Origin: an uncultured Chloroflexia bacterium
Lineage (GTDB): Bacteria > Chloroflexota > Anaerolineae > CG2-30-64-16
Assembly (NCBI GenBank): GCA_963810095.1
Contig: CAWEMM010000009.1
Location: 288,001-352,000 of the forward strand
Length of the DNA stretch: 64,000 nt
Direction of reading: 5' to 3'
Every line of letters begins with the position of its first letter. Within the stretch, counting starts at the first letter, position 1. The position numbers and the translations under genes were made by a program. This document shows positions 16,854-26,842 of the stretch, in pieces. The notes beneath the pieces are model-generated. The model ran no database searches. It had not been told where the DNA came from and worked only from the letters and a program-made list of their open reading frames with translations.

Positions 16854-18248
16854 ATGTCACAATTCCCGCTCGTCCCCCCGCGCTTTGTGCCGCCGCTCGA
16901 ACCCAGCTTCCGCCCGGCCGCACTGGCCGACCGTGCGTTTCGGGTGGCCGTCGAGTCGTCGGGCCAGGCCACCGCCCTGGTCATCGGGCTCGAGCGCAGC
17001 GACGGTACGCGCTCGCGTTACGAAACGCTCGTCTTCCCGGAGAACCACGACGGGGCCGCGGCGAACCTGTTCTACGCCGAGCGCCTGGTGAAGTTCCTGT
17101 TGTGGGCGCGGGGTGGCTGGCGGGTGACCGTGGGTGGGCCGCCGAGTATCGCAGAGCATCTACGCAGGGTCTATGCCCCGGGTGGGCCCCGCAGCTTTGA
17201 CCACCAGTTTATGGGCGAGCAAGTCTACGAGCACACCTTTGAGGTGGTCGGGTGCGCGGCGGACGATGTTCCCCCGGCCGCAGAAGCCGGCTTGTCGGTG
17301 GGCGGGCACACGGGCGGCGCGCGGATCGGTTTCGACCTGGGTGCGTCCGACCTGAAGGTGTCGGCTGTGCTGGACGGGACAGCGGTTTTCGGGGAGGAGA
17401 TCGTGTGGGAGCCGGTCGAGCAGCAGGACCCGGCGTATCACTACGATCGGATCCTCGCGGCGCTCAAGCTGGCCGCGTCGAAACTGCCGCGCGTCGACGC
17501 CATCGGCGGCTCGTCGGCTGGCATCTATGTCGACAACCGCCCCATGGTCGCCTCCCTCTTTCGCGGCATTCCGTCGGAGCGGTACGGCGAGATCCGCACG
17601 ATGTTTGCCCGGATAGGGCAGGAGCTCGGGGTGCCGCTGGTGGTGGTGAACGACGGCGACGTCACGGCGTTGGCCGGCGCACTGTCCCTTGGCGACAACG
17701 GGGTGCTCGGGGTTGCGCTGGGGTCGAGCGAGGCCGCGGGGTACGTGAACGGTGCGGGCGCGATCACGGGCTGGCTCAACGAGCTGGCCTTTGCCCCCAT
17801 CGACTACCAACCCGGCGGCCCGGTGGACGAGTGGTCGGGCGACAGGGGCGTGGGTTCGCAGTACTTCTCGCAGCAGTGTGTCTTTCGCCTGGCGCCGCGC
17901 GCAGGCATCGAAATCCCCGTTGAGCTGGCGAAAGCCGACAAGCTCAAGCACGTCCAGCGCTATCTGGAGGCCGGCCACGAAGGCGCCCGGCAGATCTGGG
18001 AGAGTATTGGGGTGTACCTGGGGTACGGGGTGGCGCACTATGCGGGGTTCTATCCGGACGTGCGCCACGTGCTGATCCTCGGCCGGGTGACCTCGGGCCG
18101 AGGCGGCGAGCTGATCCTGGACGGGGCGAGGAAGGTGCTGCGGGGGGAGTTCCCCGAGCTGGCCGAGCGGATCGGCATCGCCCTGCCCGACGAGAAGTTT
18201 CGCCGCCTGGGCCAGTCGGTGGTGGCGGCGAGCCTGCCAAGGCTCTAG
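16854..18248 (+). CDS. ROK family protein (putative sugar kinase with N-terminal extension)
   Basis: IGFDLGASDLK, VVNDGDVTALAG, LGSSEAAG, WLNELAF; GGAGG RBS. Confidence 0.82.
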   Translation: MSQFPLVPPRFVPPLEPSFRPAALADRAFRVAVESSGQATALVIGLERSDGTRSRYETLVFPENHDGAAANLFYAERLVKFLLWARGGWRVTVGGPPSIAEHLRRVYAPGGPRSFDHQFMGEQVYEHTFEVVGCAADDVPPAAEAGLSVGGHTGGARIGFDLGASDLKVSAVLDGTAVFGEEIVWEPVEQQDPAYHYDRILAALKLAASKLPRVDAIGGSSAGIYVDNRPMVASLFRGIPSERYGEIRTMFARIGQELGVPLVVVNDGDVTALAGALSLGDNGVLGVALGSSEAAGYVNGAGAITGWLNELAFAPIDYQPGGPVDEWSGDRGVGSQYFSQQCVFRLAPRAGIEIPVELAKADKLKHVQRYLEAGHEGARQIWESIGVYLGYGVAHYAGFYPDVRHVLILGRVTSGRGGELILDGARKVLRGEFPELAERIGIALPDEKFRRLGQSVVAASLPRL

Positions 18249-18252
18249 AAAA

Positions 18253-18286
18253 AGAAACCTGGCTTCTCGAAAGAAACCAGGTTTCT
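18253..18286. repeat. AGAAACCAGGTTTCT double palindrome between convergent genes
   Basis: AGAAACCTGGCTTCTCGAAAGAAACCAGGTTTCT. Confidence 0.78.
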
Positions 18287-18300
18287 TCGTCCAGCGACCT

Positions 18301-20537
18301 TTACTTCGCCGGGCGGACTTCGACCTGCATGAAGCCATCCTGAGCGCTGTAGCTTACGATGCGGATCTGCGTGCCGGTGTTCGGGTGCTTGACGCTGCCC
18401 TGCGGGTTCGCCGCATCGCAGTACAAAGTGCGATCGTCAAAGACCGTGACCGCCTTCAGGCTCTGGAATTTGTGCTCGACGCCGCCGGAGTGCAGGGTGA
18501 GCGGATCGGTTGCCTCGAGGCCGAAGGTCGCGTCGTAGGACTGGATGCGGTTACGCAGAACTGAGTGCCGTCGGTCCGTGTCATCGGCCTTCGGGTGCGC
18601 GTCGATCGGCAGGACAGGCCTGCGCCCGGGATGCGTCTTGGTGTTGTTGTTGCGCTGTGACGTGTCCCAGTAGTTGATCGCCAGGCCGTCCTGGTACGGG
18701 AAGTGCTCGACCCGGTTGGACATGACCGGGCCGTCGTGAAGCCGAAGTTGTACGGGCCGATCTTCAGCGTCGCATCGTAGCCGCGGTACTGGCGGAATTC
18801 GGCGACGTAGTAGTTGTTGAAGAGCTTATTCTCGATGCCAGTGGTGACATGGAAGCCGGTGGTGGGCTTGAAGGTCCAGCCCGCATCGGTCTCCGCGCCG
18901 TCTGCCGCCCAGCCAGTGATGTTGATTTCATCGACCATGAAGCCGAAGCCGCCGGTGTTCGCCGTCGGTCTGGTAGCGGAAGCCGAGGAGTGACGTCTGC
19001 CCGGCATAGGCCGAAAGATCGGCCGTCAGGGCCACCCAGCCCTTTGACGAGCCGGTGATACCCGAAGCCGCGGTTCTGAGCCGTTCGGATTGGTGTCAGT
19101 CGAAAGATTGGTCTTGCCGCCGGTCCATGTCGTGCCGCCGTCAGTCGAGACGACGAGGTACGCATAGTCGTAGTCAAGCTCGATGTTGTAGCGAACCATC
19201 GCGGCGAGGTTGAGATGGCCGCGTCAGGGTGACCTTCTTGCTCATGCAGCGGTCGAAGTTATCACCGTCGCCGCTGTAGTAGTAGTTGGCGCCGGCGAAA
19301 GGCTTGCCGACCTCCGTCACAACAGTCTTCTTGGGCAGCACCACAATGACTGCCTGTGCCTGCCGGGTGTTGGTCATGGACGGGCCCAGCTTGAAGCGAG
19401 GAGGTCTTGCCGGCAGGCGCAACATCGTAGTTCAGCCAGCCGAGCTGCAACTTTTCCCACGCGCCCATGTGGTTGGGCTTCGAGCCGATGTCGTCCTTGC
19501 CTTCGTTGAGCCAGGAGCCGGACGACATCAGGGTCCAGAACGCGGTGCCATTGTCGCCGCCCGCGGTGTCGTACAGGTCGGGCAGGCCGAGGTCGTGGCC
19601 GAACTCGTGTGCGAACACGCCAACGCCGCCATTTTCCGGCTGAACCGTGTACTTGCCGACCCAGTAGTTGCTGTCGCCGATGCGGATGCCGCCGTACTTG
19701 TTGAAGTCGGGCCCGTCGACGGCCGATCAAGTCGTAGGGCACGTACCAGCTGTGGCTCCAGATCGTCCACGGCTCGGCGCCTGCTTCTTCGCCCTCACCC
19801 GCATGCACGGACTGGAACGTGTCGATGTAGCCGTCCGGCTCGTCGAAGTTGCCGTCCCATCTGTAGTCGTAGCTATCCCAGATGGTCGAACTTCTCGAGG
19901 TACGCGTCGATTTCGTCGGCCGACTTGCCGGCAGCAACCTGCCCGGCATACCAGCCGTCGACGCTATCGTGCAGGAAGTACCAGACGCATTGCTCTGTGG
20001 GGATTGTCGTCGTAGGTTGTACGACGCCATGTCGCCGGGCACTCGTCACCCAGTCGGTGACATCGCCGGTGGCGCCAAAGCGGCCCGAGGACTGCTCCAC
20101 GTAGAAATTGTACAGGGAGTTGGCACCCGGGCTTCTGGCTGTAGAACATATCGACGTAGTGCTGCCGGCTGAAGTCAGACACCCAGCAGGGTGCTGTTGT
20201 CGGCCTTGCGGTCGGGCTGCGGGATCTTGTTGTGCTTCAGATCGCTGAACTCGCCCAACACGGTCCAGATGGCGCGGGATTCGTCTTGTTCGAGCTGCAC
20301 GTATTGTCCCTTGGCGACCTCGTGGACCTTCCCGTTGGCCTTGCCGTTCAGCTTGGCCTGGAGCGCCTGGCCCTTCAGCTCAAGCTGGCGGTCGGTGAGC
20401 GGATCGGGCCGGTTATCGAGCTTCGGGGCCTGGGTGGGTTCGTCCGTGACGGGGCCGCTTGCGTGGATCGGCGCGACGAGCACGGAGAACAGGAGCAGGA
20501 CGGTGAGCACCGTCCAGAGACGCGTGGTGACCTTCAT
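18301..20537 (-). CDS. Immune inhibitor A (M6 family) secreted metalloprotease, many frameshifts
   Basis: Signal peptide; [62 protein letters not shown] spread over several frames. Confidence 0.85.
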
Positions 20538-20726
20538 CGGTCCTCCAGAAAGAAATGGGAGTCTGGATCAATATGCGCACGGAGCAGGCGTAGCGCCAAG
20601 CATGGGACTGCAAGGCCGCCGAAAGGCTTGGGAGAGATGCCCGGAGCAGCGGCCGGAAAATACGGCAGAAGCCCCTTGTTTATGTGCTGAGGCTATCTTA
20701 GATCGACATGCGATATTGATGAAAAG

Positions 20727-20755
20727 AGGGTACAACAGTACGCAAAATTACGCAA
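20727..20755 (-). promoter_or_regulatory. Possible promoter upstream of the protease gene
   Basis: Minus strand TTGCGT-17 nt-TACCCT in an AT-richer patch. Confidence 0.35.
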
Positions 20756-20770
20756 GTCGTGAAAATGGGG

Positions 20771-20841
20771 TGCCAGGGAGGACATAGACTTGTCGAGACC
20801 TCTCACAGGAAGTCCCTGAGCCCGCTATGTCCTCCCTGGCA
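20771..20841. terminator. Strong stem-loop downstream of ppk2 (terminator or structured RNA)
   Basis: Perfect 17-bp inverted repeat TGCCAGGGAGGACATAG / CTATGTCCTCCCTGGCA around a 37-nt loop. Confidence 0.5.
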
Positions 20842-20876
20842 AGTGCGCTTGCTTCGCAAGCGGGGTGCTTCGTGTT

Positions 20877-21782
20877 CTACTTCTTGGGGTCGGGCGCCTT
20901 GTCCTCGTCCAGCAGCTTCTCGCGTGCGGTCAGCATGGCTTGCCGTGCCTTGTCGTCGACGACGGGGAACTTCGGGTCCATCTCGATCAGTTTCTGCCCG
21001 ATGATGCCTGCCACGGCCAGCCGGGTAAACCACTTCTTGTCAGCCGGGACGACGTGCCAGGGCGCGGATTTCGTGCTCGTGTTCTCGAACATGTCCTCGA
21101 ACGCCTGCATGTACTTGTCCCAGTAGGCGCGCTCGTCGATGTCGGCCGGGCTGAACTTCCAGTTCTTCTCGGGCCGGTCGATGCGCTCGAGCTGCCGCTG
21201 CTTCTGCTCCTCCTTGGACACGTTCAGGAAGATCTTGACGACTTCTGTGCCCTGCTGGGCCAGGTACTTCTCGAAGTTGTTGATGGCTTCGAAGCGTTGG
21301 CGCCACAGCCCGTCACCCACCGTGCCGGGGGGCAGGCGCTGGGGCACGAGGAACGACGGGTGCACGCGGACGACCAGGACTTCCTCATAGTATGAGCGGT
21401 TGAAGATGCCAATCCGACCGCGCTCGGGCAGGGCCCTCACCGCCCGCCACAGAAAGTCGTGATCGAGCTCCTCCGGCGAAGGGGCCTTGAAGCTGAAAAC
21501 CTGGCAGCCCGTCGGATTGACGCCCGTCATCACGTGCGCGATCGCGCTGTCTTTGCCCGCCGCATCGAGCGCCTGGATGATGACCAGCAGGGCGCGGCTG
21601 TTCTCCGCATATAGCTTCTCCTGGTAATCAGCCAGCACCTGGACGCCCTGCGCGAGCAATTCGTCCTCGTCTATGGATTTCTTCTCGTAACCCCCTGTCG
21701 AGCCGGGGTCGAAGTCTTTCGCCAGGTTGACCTTCTTGCCGGGCTCCACACGAAACTGCTTGACGAACTTCTCCAGATCCAT
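20877..21782 (-). CDS. ppk2: Polyphosphate kinase 2 family protein
   Basis: QALDAAGKDS, HDFLWR, IFNRSYYEEVLVVRVH, KNWKF, APWHVVPADKKW. Confidence 0.93.
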   Translation of the reverse strand: MDLEKFVKQFRVEPGKKVNLAKDFDPGSTGGYEKKSIDEDELLAQGVQVLADYQEKLYAENSRALLVIIQALDAAGKDSAIAHVMTGVNPTGCQVFSFKAPSPEELDHDFLWRAVRALPERGRIGIFNRSYYEEVLVVRVHPSFLVPQRLPPGTVGDGLWRQRFEAINNFEKYLAQQGTEVVKIFLNVSKEEQKQRQLERIDRPEKNWKFSPADIDERAYWDKYMQAFEDMFENTSTKSAPWHVVPADKKWFTRLAVAGIIGQKLIEMDPKFPVVDDKARQAMLTAREKLLDEDKAPDPKK

Positions 21783-22027
21783 GGCGGCCTCCTCGAGTGG
21801 ACGCAATCGCGAGCGAGTGCGAACGCCGTCGCGAGTTGCTACAGAGGGAGTATACCATGGCGCCGCGGTGCGGGGCAGCGGGGGCCGCTGCTGACGGAGA
21901 CGACGGCCGGCGTGGGCCACGCCGACCGTGCACGCGGCAGCGTCTGTGGCGGAACATGTGCGGGCGCGGGCCCGTTCTATTTCGCTGGTATGCGGTAACC
22001 CCGCGAATTCTACACGGAGGCAATGAC

Positions 22028-22573
22028 ATGGCCACGCAACGCAAGGGTACTTCGAACACAGCCGGCACGAAGGAAGCCTCGGGCCGGCGCTTCACGACGC
22101 GGCACGATCTCGAGGAAGAGGTGCGCGGGCAGATGATCGAGCTGTGCAACCGCCAGTTGGCCGATACGTTCGATCTGTACAGCCAGGACAAGCAGGCCCA
22201 CTGGAACGTGAAGGGCCGCGACTTCTTCCAGCTGCACGAGCTTTTCGACACGCTGGCCGAAGAGGTCCTGCCGTTCGTCGACATGATCGCCGAGCGCGTG
22301 ACGGCGTTGGGTGGGCAGGCGCTGGGCACGGCTCGCCTGGCTGCGCAAAGCTCGCGGCTGACCGATCTGCCATTGGACAACGTCGAGGGGATGGCCGTGG
22401 TGGAGGCGATGGCCGGCTGCTACGCCAACATCTGTGCGAGCACGCGCCAGGCCATCGAGGAAGCCGAGCAGGCGGGCGACACCGATACCTCGGACCTGTT
22501 CACCGAAATTTCACGGGAGCTGGACAAGCACCTGTATTTCCTGGAGTCGCACCTGCAGGGTGGGGAACGCTAG
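22028..22573 (+). CDS. dps: Dps DNA starvation/stationary phase protection protein
   Basis: KQAHWNVKG..F..LHELFD..D..AER..LGG, D..T.DLFTEISRELDK.LYFLESH. Confidence 0.93.
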   Translation: MATQRKGTSNTAGTKEASGRRFTTRHDLEEEVRGQMIELCNRQLADTFDLYSQDKQAHWNVKGRDFFQLHELFDTLAEEVLPFVDMIAERVTALGGQALGTARLAAQSSRLTDLPLDNVEGMAVVEAMAGCYANICASTRQAIEEAEQAGDTDTSDLFTEISRELDKHLYFLESHLQGGER

Positions 22574-22613
22574 AGCGGGGGTTTCAGGTCGGGCCGGGAT
22601 GCCCTGGGCTCAC

Positions 22614-22646
22614 AGACCTTCGGGGTTTCCGAAACCCCGAAGGTCT
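22614..22646. repeat. 33-bp AGACCT..AGGTCT palindrome between convergent genes
   Basis: Perfect 16-bp arms AGACCTTCGGGGTTTC / GAAACCCCGAAGGTCT. Confidence 0.8.
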
Positions 22647-22656
22647 CCGGCGCCCG

Positions 22657-23683
22657 TTACGTGCGATAGAGGGCCGGCCGGGGCAGTGCTGCCACAGTGA
22701 CCGGCTCTCCGGTCTGCAGCGACCTGACACACGCGTCGGTCACTACCAGCGTCATCAGGCCGTCCCAGGCACTCGCCCCGGGGAACACTGTTCCGGCCTG
22801 TACCGAGCGCACCCACTCGCGCAGCTCGCGCACGTACGCCTCCTGGAATCGCTCCAGCCAGTCGTGAGGTAAGGCCGTGCGAGCGGCCCTGTCCGTGCGG
22901 AGCAGCGCGCCGTCGGGCCGGTAAGAAGTCGCCACGCCGCGCTCTCCGACGACTTCGGCCGTTACTTCATACCCATATTCCGCGGCCGCATACACCTCGA
23001 CCGTCGCGAGGCAAGCACCGGTCAGACGCAGCTGAAGCAACAGCAGATCGGTCGTCTCCGCACTGAAGGTGCCGTGCGTCCGTACACCCGTGACATACAC
23101 CTGCTCGATTTCCTCGCCAAGCAGCCAGCGCGCCGCGTCGATGTCGTGCCCCGCCGAGTTCGTCAGGATGACTTCGCCCCGAGAGTCGTACGGGATGGCT
23201 GCGTTGCGGTGCGTGCCCTTGTAGAGGACGGGCCGGCCGAGCGTGCCCGCCGCGACGACCTCGCGCACGGCCACGTGATACGGGTCGAAGCGGCGCATGA
23301 GACCGACGGAGACGAGCCGGCGGCCCAGGCGCAGCTCCGCGCTCGACCACCCGCCGCGCACCTGCCGCGCTTGTCGCCAACGGCTTTTCACAGAGGACGG
23401 GTTTCCCCGCATGCAGGCATGCGAGGGCGAAGTCCAGGTGCGTCGCATCCGGGGACGCGACGATGACGGCGTCGATGCTGCTATCCGCGATCAGTTTGAA
23501 GGGGTCACTGAAGAGGACGGCCGGCGGGCAATCCTCGGCCACCCGCTCGGCCCGCCCCCGATCGAGATCGTAAACGCCGGCCAGCCGGGCCGCGGCCACC
23601 TGCTCGTGCAGGTTGCGGGCGTGGCGCCCGCCCATGCCCCCAGCACCGATAAGGCCAACTGAAAGAACATCTCGTGCGAGCAT
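22657..23683 (-). CDS. Gfo/Idh/MocA oxidoreductase (inositol dehydrogenase-like), frameshift near 23340
   Basis: GLIGAGGMG, LCEKP, GLMRRFDP, HDIDAARWL, YGYEV. Confidence 0.87.
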
Positions 23684-23700
23684 ACGCACTCCGCGAAAGA

Positions 23701-23751
23701 AGACCTCCGAGGCTCGGGCCAGCGTTGCCGGCCTCAAAACCTCGGAGGTCT
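23701..23751. repeat. AGACCT..AGGTCT palindrome with enlarged loop
   Basis: AGACCTCCGAGG ... CCTCGGAGGTCT. Confidence 0.75.
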
Positions 23752-23768
23752 CGTGGTTCTTGCTGCTA

Positions 23769-25686
23769 CTACTTGCTCGTGAACTGGGCGACGTTGTCCT
23801 TGGAGACGACTTCGACGCCGGTGTTGACGAACTTGTCGACGGCCTGCTTGCGGGCGACCTTAGCCGCGGTGAGGGTGCCGAGTTCGCCGATCTTGGTGGG
23901 GAACTGGGCGACCGAGCCGGCGAGGCCGGCGGCCTGGATCGAGGCCAGGGCGTCGGGGGTGGCGTCGAAGCCGACGATGACGAGGGTCTTGCCGGCGGCC
24001 TGGGCGGCGTTGAGCGCGCCGAGGGCCATCTCGTCGTTGGTGGCGAAGATGCCCTTGAGGTTGGGGTTGGCCGTCAGCAGGTTTTCGGCGACGGTCTGGC
24101 CCTTGGCGCGGTCCGAGTCGGCGGGCTGCACGGCGACGACCTTGAGGCCGGCCTTCTCCAGGGCGGTCTTGGCGCCGTTTTCGCGCAGGTTATGGACGGG
24201 GTCGCCGGCCGCGCCGCGGATGATCGCGACCTCGTCGCCGGCCTTGAGGTTCTTGGCGATGAACTCGCCGCCGAGCTGGCCGCCGAGCTGGTTGTCGGTG
24301 CCGACAAAGGCGGACTTGTTGGTGAAGTTAGCGATGTCGGTGTCGATCAGGACGACCGGGATGCCGGCGGCGACGGCCTTTTCGAGGGTCGGCTGGACCT
24401 GGTCGGCCTGCGAGGGTGCGACGGCGATGGCATCGACCTTCGAGGAGATGGCCGACTCGATGATGCGGATCTGGCCTTCGATGTCGGTCTCTTCGTTCGG
24501 GCCGAGGAAGGAGGCCTTGATCGTCGGGTCTGTCTTCATGGCCGCATCCACGCCCGCGCCTACGGTCTTCCAGTAGGTGCTGGTGACCGCCTTGACGATC
24601 ACGGCGATGTTCAGCGGCTTGTTCTCGCCGCCGGTGGCCGGAGCAGGCCCTGCGAAGTTGGCGACGTTGTCCTTGGAGACGACTTCGACGCCGGTGTTGA
24701 CGAACTTGTCGACGGCCTGCTTGCGGGCGACCTTAGCCGCGGTGAGGGTGCCGAGTTCGCCGATCTTGGTGGGGAACTGGGCGACCGAGCCGGCGAGGCC
24801 GGCGGCCTGGATCGAGGCCAGGGCGTCGGGGGTGGCGTCGAAGCCGACGATGACGAGGGTCTTGCCGGCGGCCTGGGCGGCGTTGAGCGCGCCGAGGGCC
24901 ATCTCGTCGTTGGTGGCGAAGATGCCCTTGAGGTTGGGGTTGGCCGTCAGCAGGTTTTCGGCGACGGTCTGGCCCTTGGCGCGGTCCGAGTCGGCGGGCT
25001 GCACGGCGACGACCTTGAGGCCGGCCTTCTCCAGGGCGGTCTTGGCGCCGTTTTCGCGCAGGTTATGGACGGGGTCGCCGGCTGCGCCGCGGATGATCGC
25101 GACCTCGTCGCCGGCCTTGAGGTTCTTGGCGATGAACTCGCCGCCGAGCTGGCCGCCGAGCTGGTTGTCGGTGCCGACAAAGGCGGACTTGTTGGTGAAG
25201 TTAGCGATGTCAGTGTCGATCAGGACGACCGGGATGCCGGCGGCGACGGCCTTTTCGAGGGTCGGCTGGACCTGGTCGGCCTGCGAGGGTGCGACGGCGA
25301 TGGCATCGACCTTCGAGGAGATGGCCGACTCGATGATGCGGATCTGGCCTTCGATGTCGGTCTCTTCGTTCGGGCCGAGGAAGGAGGCCTTGATCGTCGG
25401 GTCTGTCTTCATGGCCGCATCCACGCCCGCGCCTACGGTCTTCCAGTAGGTGCTGGTCACGGCCTTGACGATCACGGCGATGTTCAGCGGCTTGTTCTCG
25501 CCGCCGGTAGCTGCCGTCGGCTGTGCCGCGGCGACGTCGGTCGGGTTAGCGGTCGGCAGGACTTGCGGCGACTGCGTCGGGGCGGCCACGGGCGCAGCCG
25601 GGGTTGAGGGCACCGGCGCGCAGCCGGCCAAGAGCGATCAGCACGATCAGGCTCAAAGCGACAAGGATCTTGAACTTGGACGACAT
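23769..25686 (-). CDS. Sugar (inositol) ABC transporter substrate-binding lipoprotein with two tandem identical RbsB-like domains
   Basis: Start MSSKFKILVALSL with AGGAGGAG RBS, lipobox LAGC (frameshift near 25631), P/A/T-rich linker, then a domain repeated at a 291-codon period. Confidence 0.9.
23787..25508. repeat. Near-perfect tandem duplication, period 873 bp
   Basis: Copies about 23787-24635 and 24660-25508; only about 4 substitutions seen by eye, all synonymous. Confidence 0.93.
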
Positions 25687-25835
25687 ACTGTTCTCCTCCT
25701 GACAGGGTCTGGTAAGCTCGCAGTAACTCTGCTGTCGATAGAACGAATCCCGAAACTGTGTTGTCGTTTACCCCCTTTGTGGTTTGCCACACGTGCGCCT
25801 TGCGGCGCTACATTCTAGATGACGAACCAACGCGC

Positions 25836-26837
25836 CTAGCGGCGCGCTCGCTGGCGAAGTACGTCCACATAGACTGCGCCGATGATGACGAGGCCGATGG
25901 CGACGACTTGCCATTCGGTTGGTACTTTCAGCAGCACCAGGCCATTCCGCAGCACCGCGATTAACGCGACGCCGACGGCCGTGCCCCAAACGGTGCCCGA
26001 GCCGCCCGCGAAGCTGGCCCCGCCGATAATCACCGCTGCGATCGCGTCGAGCTCGTAGCCCGTTCCGGCCGTGGGATAGCCCGAGTTCGTGCGGCCCGCC
26101 AGTGTCAGCGCGGCCAACCCGGCCATGAACCCGCTGATGCTGTAGACGATCAGCAAGGTCCGGTCGACGTTGATCCCCGACAGCCGAGCTGCCGACTGGT
26201 TGCCGCCGACCGCGTAGATGTGCCGGCCCAGCGCAGTGTCGGAGAGCATGAGGTGAAAGACGATGTAGACCAGGATCACGGCGATGAACGCCACCGGAAC
26301 GACGCCCAGCGTCCCGGCTCCCAACGCCAGCACTTGGGGTGCGCCGGCCCGGTCGAAGCCCGAGATCGGCGCGGCGCCGGTGATGATGAGCGCCAAACCG
26401 CGCGCGACGTTCATCGTGCCCAACGTGGAAATGAACGGGTGCGGCAGGTGCAGCCGCGTCAGCAGCAGCCCGTTGATGACGCCGAAGCCAAGCCCGACCG
26501 CGAGGCTGGCGAGCACCGCGAGGAATGGGTTGACGTGCAGCTTGATGGCGAGCAGCGCGAGCACGCTCATCGACAGCGCCAGGATCGACCCGACCGAAAG
26601 GTCGATGCCGGCTGTGACGATGCACAGCAGCATGCCAACGGCGAGAAGTGCGTTCACCGTCGCCTGGCGCGCGATGTTAGCGATATTATCCGGGCTCAGG
26701 AACACGGGCGAGAGGATCGAAAGCACGATGACCAGGATCGCGAGGCCGAACAGCGCGCCAAACCTCGCCACGAACGCGCCCATCGTCATCCCGAACGTCC
26801 GGCCTTCCTTCTTGTCGGCGGCTGGCATGCTAGTCAT
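25836..26837 (-). CDS. Sugar ABC transporter permease (RbsC family)
   Basis: AGIDLSVGS, FISTLG, GRHIYAVGGN..AARLSGI, YELDAIAAVIIGG. Confidence 0.93.
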   Translation of the reverse strand: MTSMPAADKKEGRTFGMTMGAFVARFGALFGLAILVIVLSILSPVFLSPDNIANIARQATVNALLAVGMLLCIVTAGIDLSVGSILALSMSVLALLAIKLHVNPFLAVLASLAVGLGFGVINGLLLTRLHLPHPFISTLGTMNVARGLALIITGAAPISGFDRAGAPQVLALGAGTLGVVPVAFIAVILVYIVFHLMLSDTALGRHIYAVGGNQSAARLSGINVDRTLLIVYSISGFMAGLAALTLAGRTNSGYPTAGTGYELDAIAAVIIGGASFAGGSGTVWGTAVGVALIAVLRNGLVLLKVPTEWQVVAIGLVIIGAVYVDVLRQRARR

Positions 26838-26842
26838 TCTTG

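Noticed and set aside
18301-20537. True pseudogene or programmed frameshifting in the protease
   Set aside because: Many scattered indels without slippery-site pattern; more consistent with read error.
23613-25607. 664-aa plus-strand ORF (also 32236-34254, 5957-7657, 3774-5024)
   Set aside because: Antisense shadows of well-supported genes, expected in high-GC DNA; no recognisable motifs.
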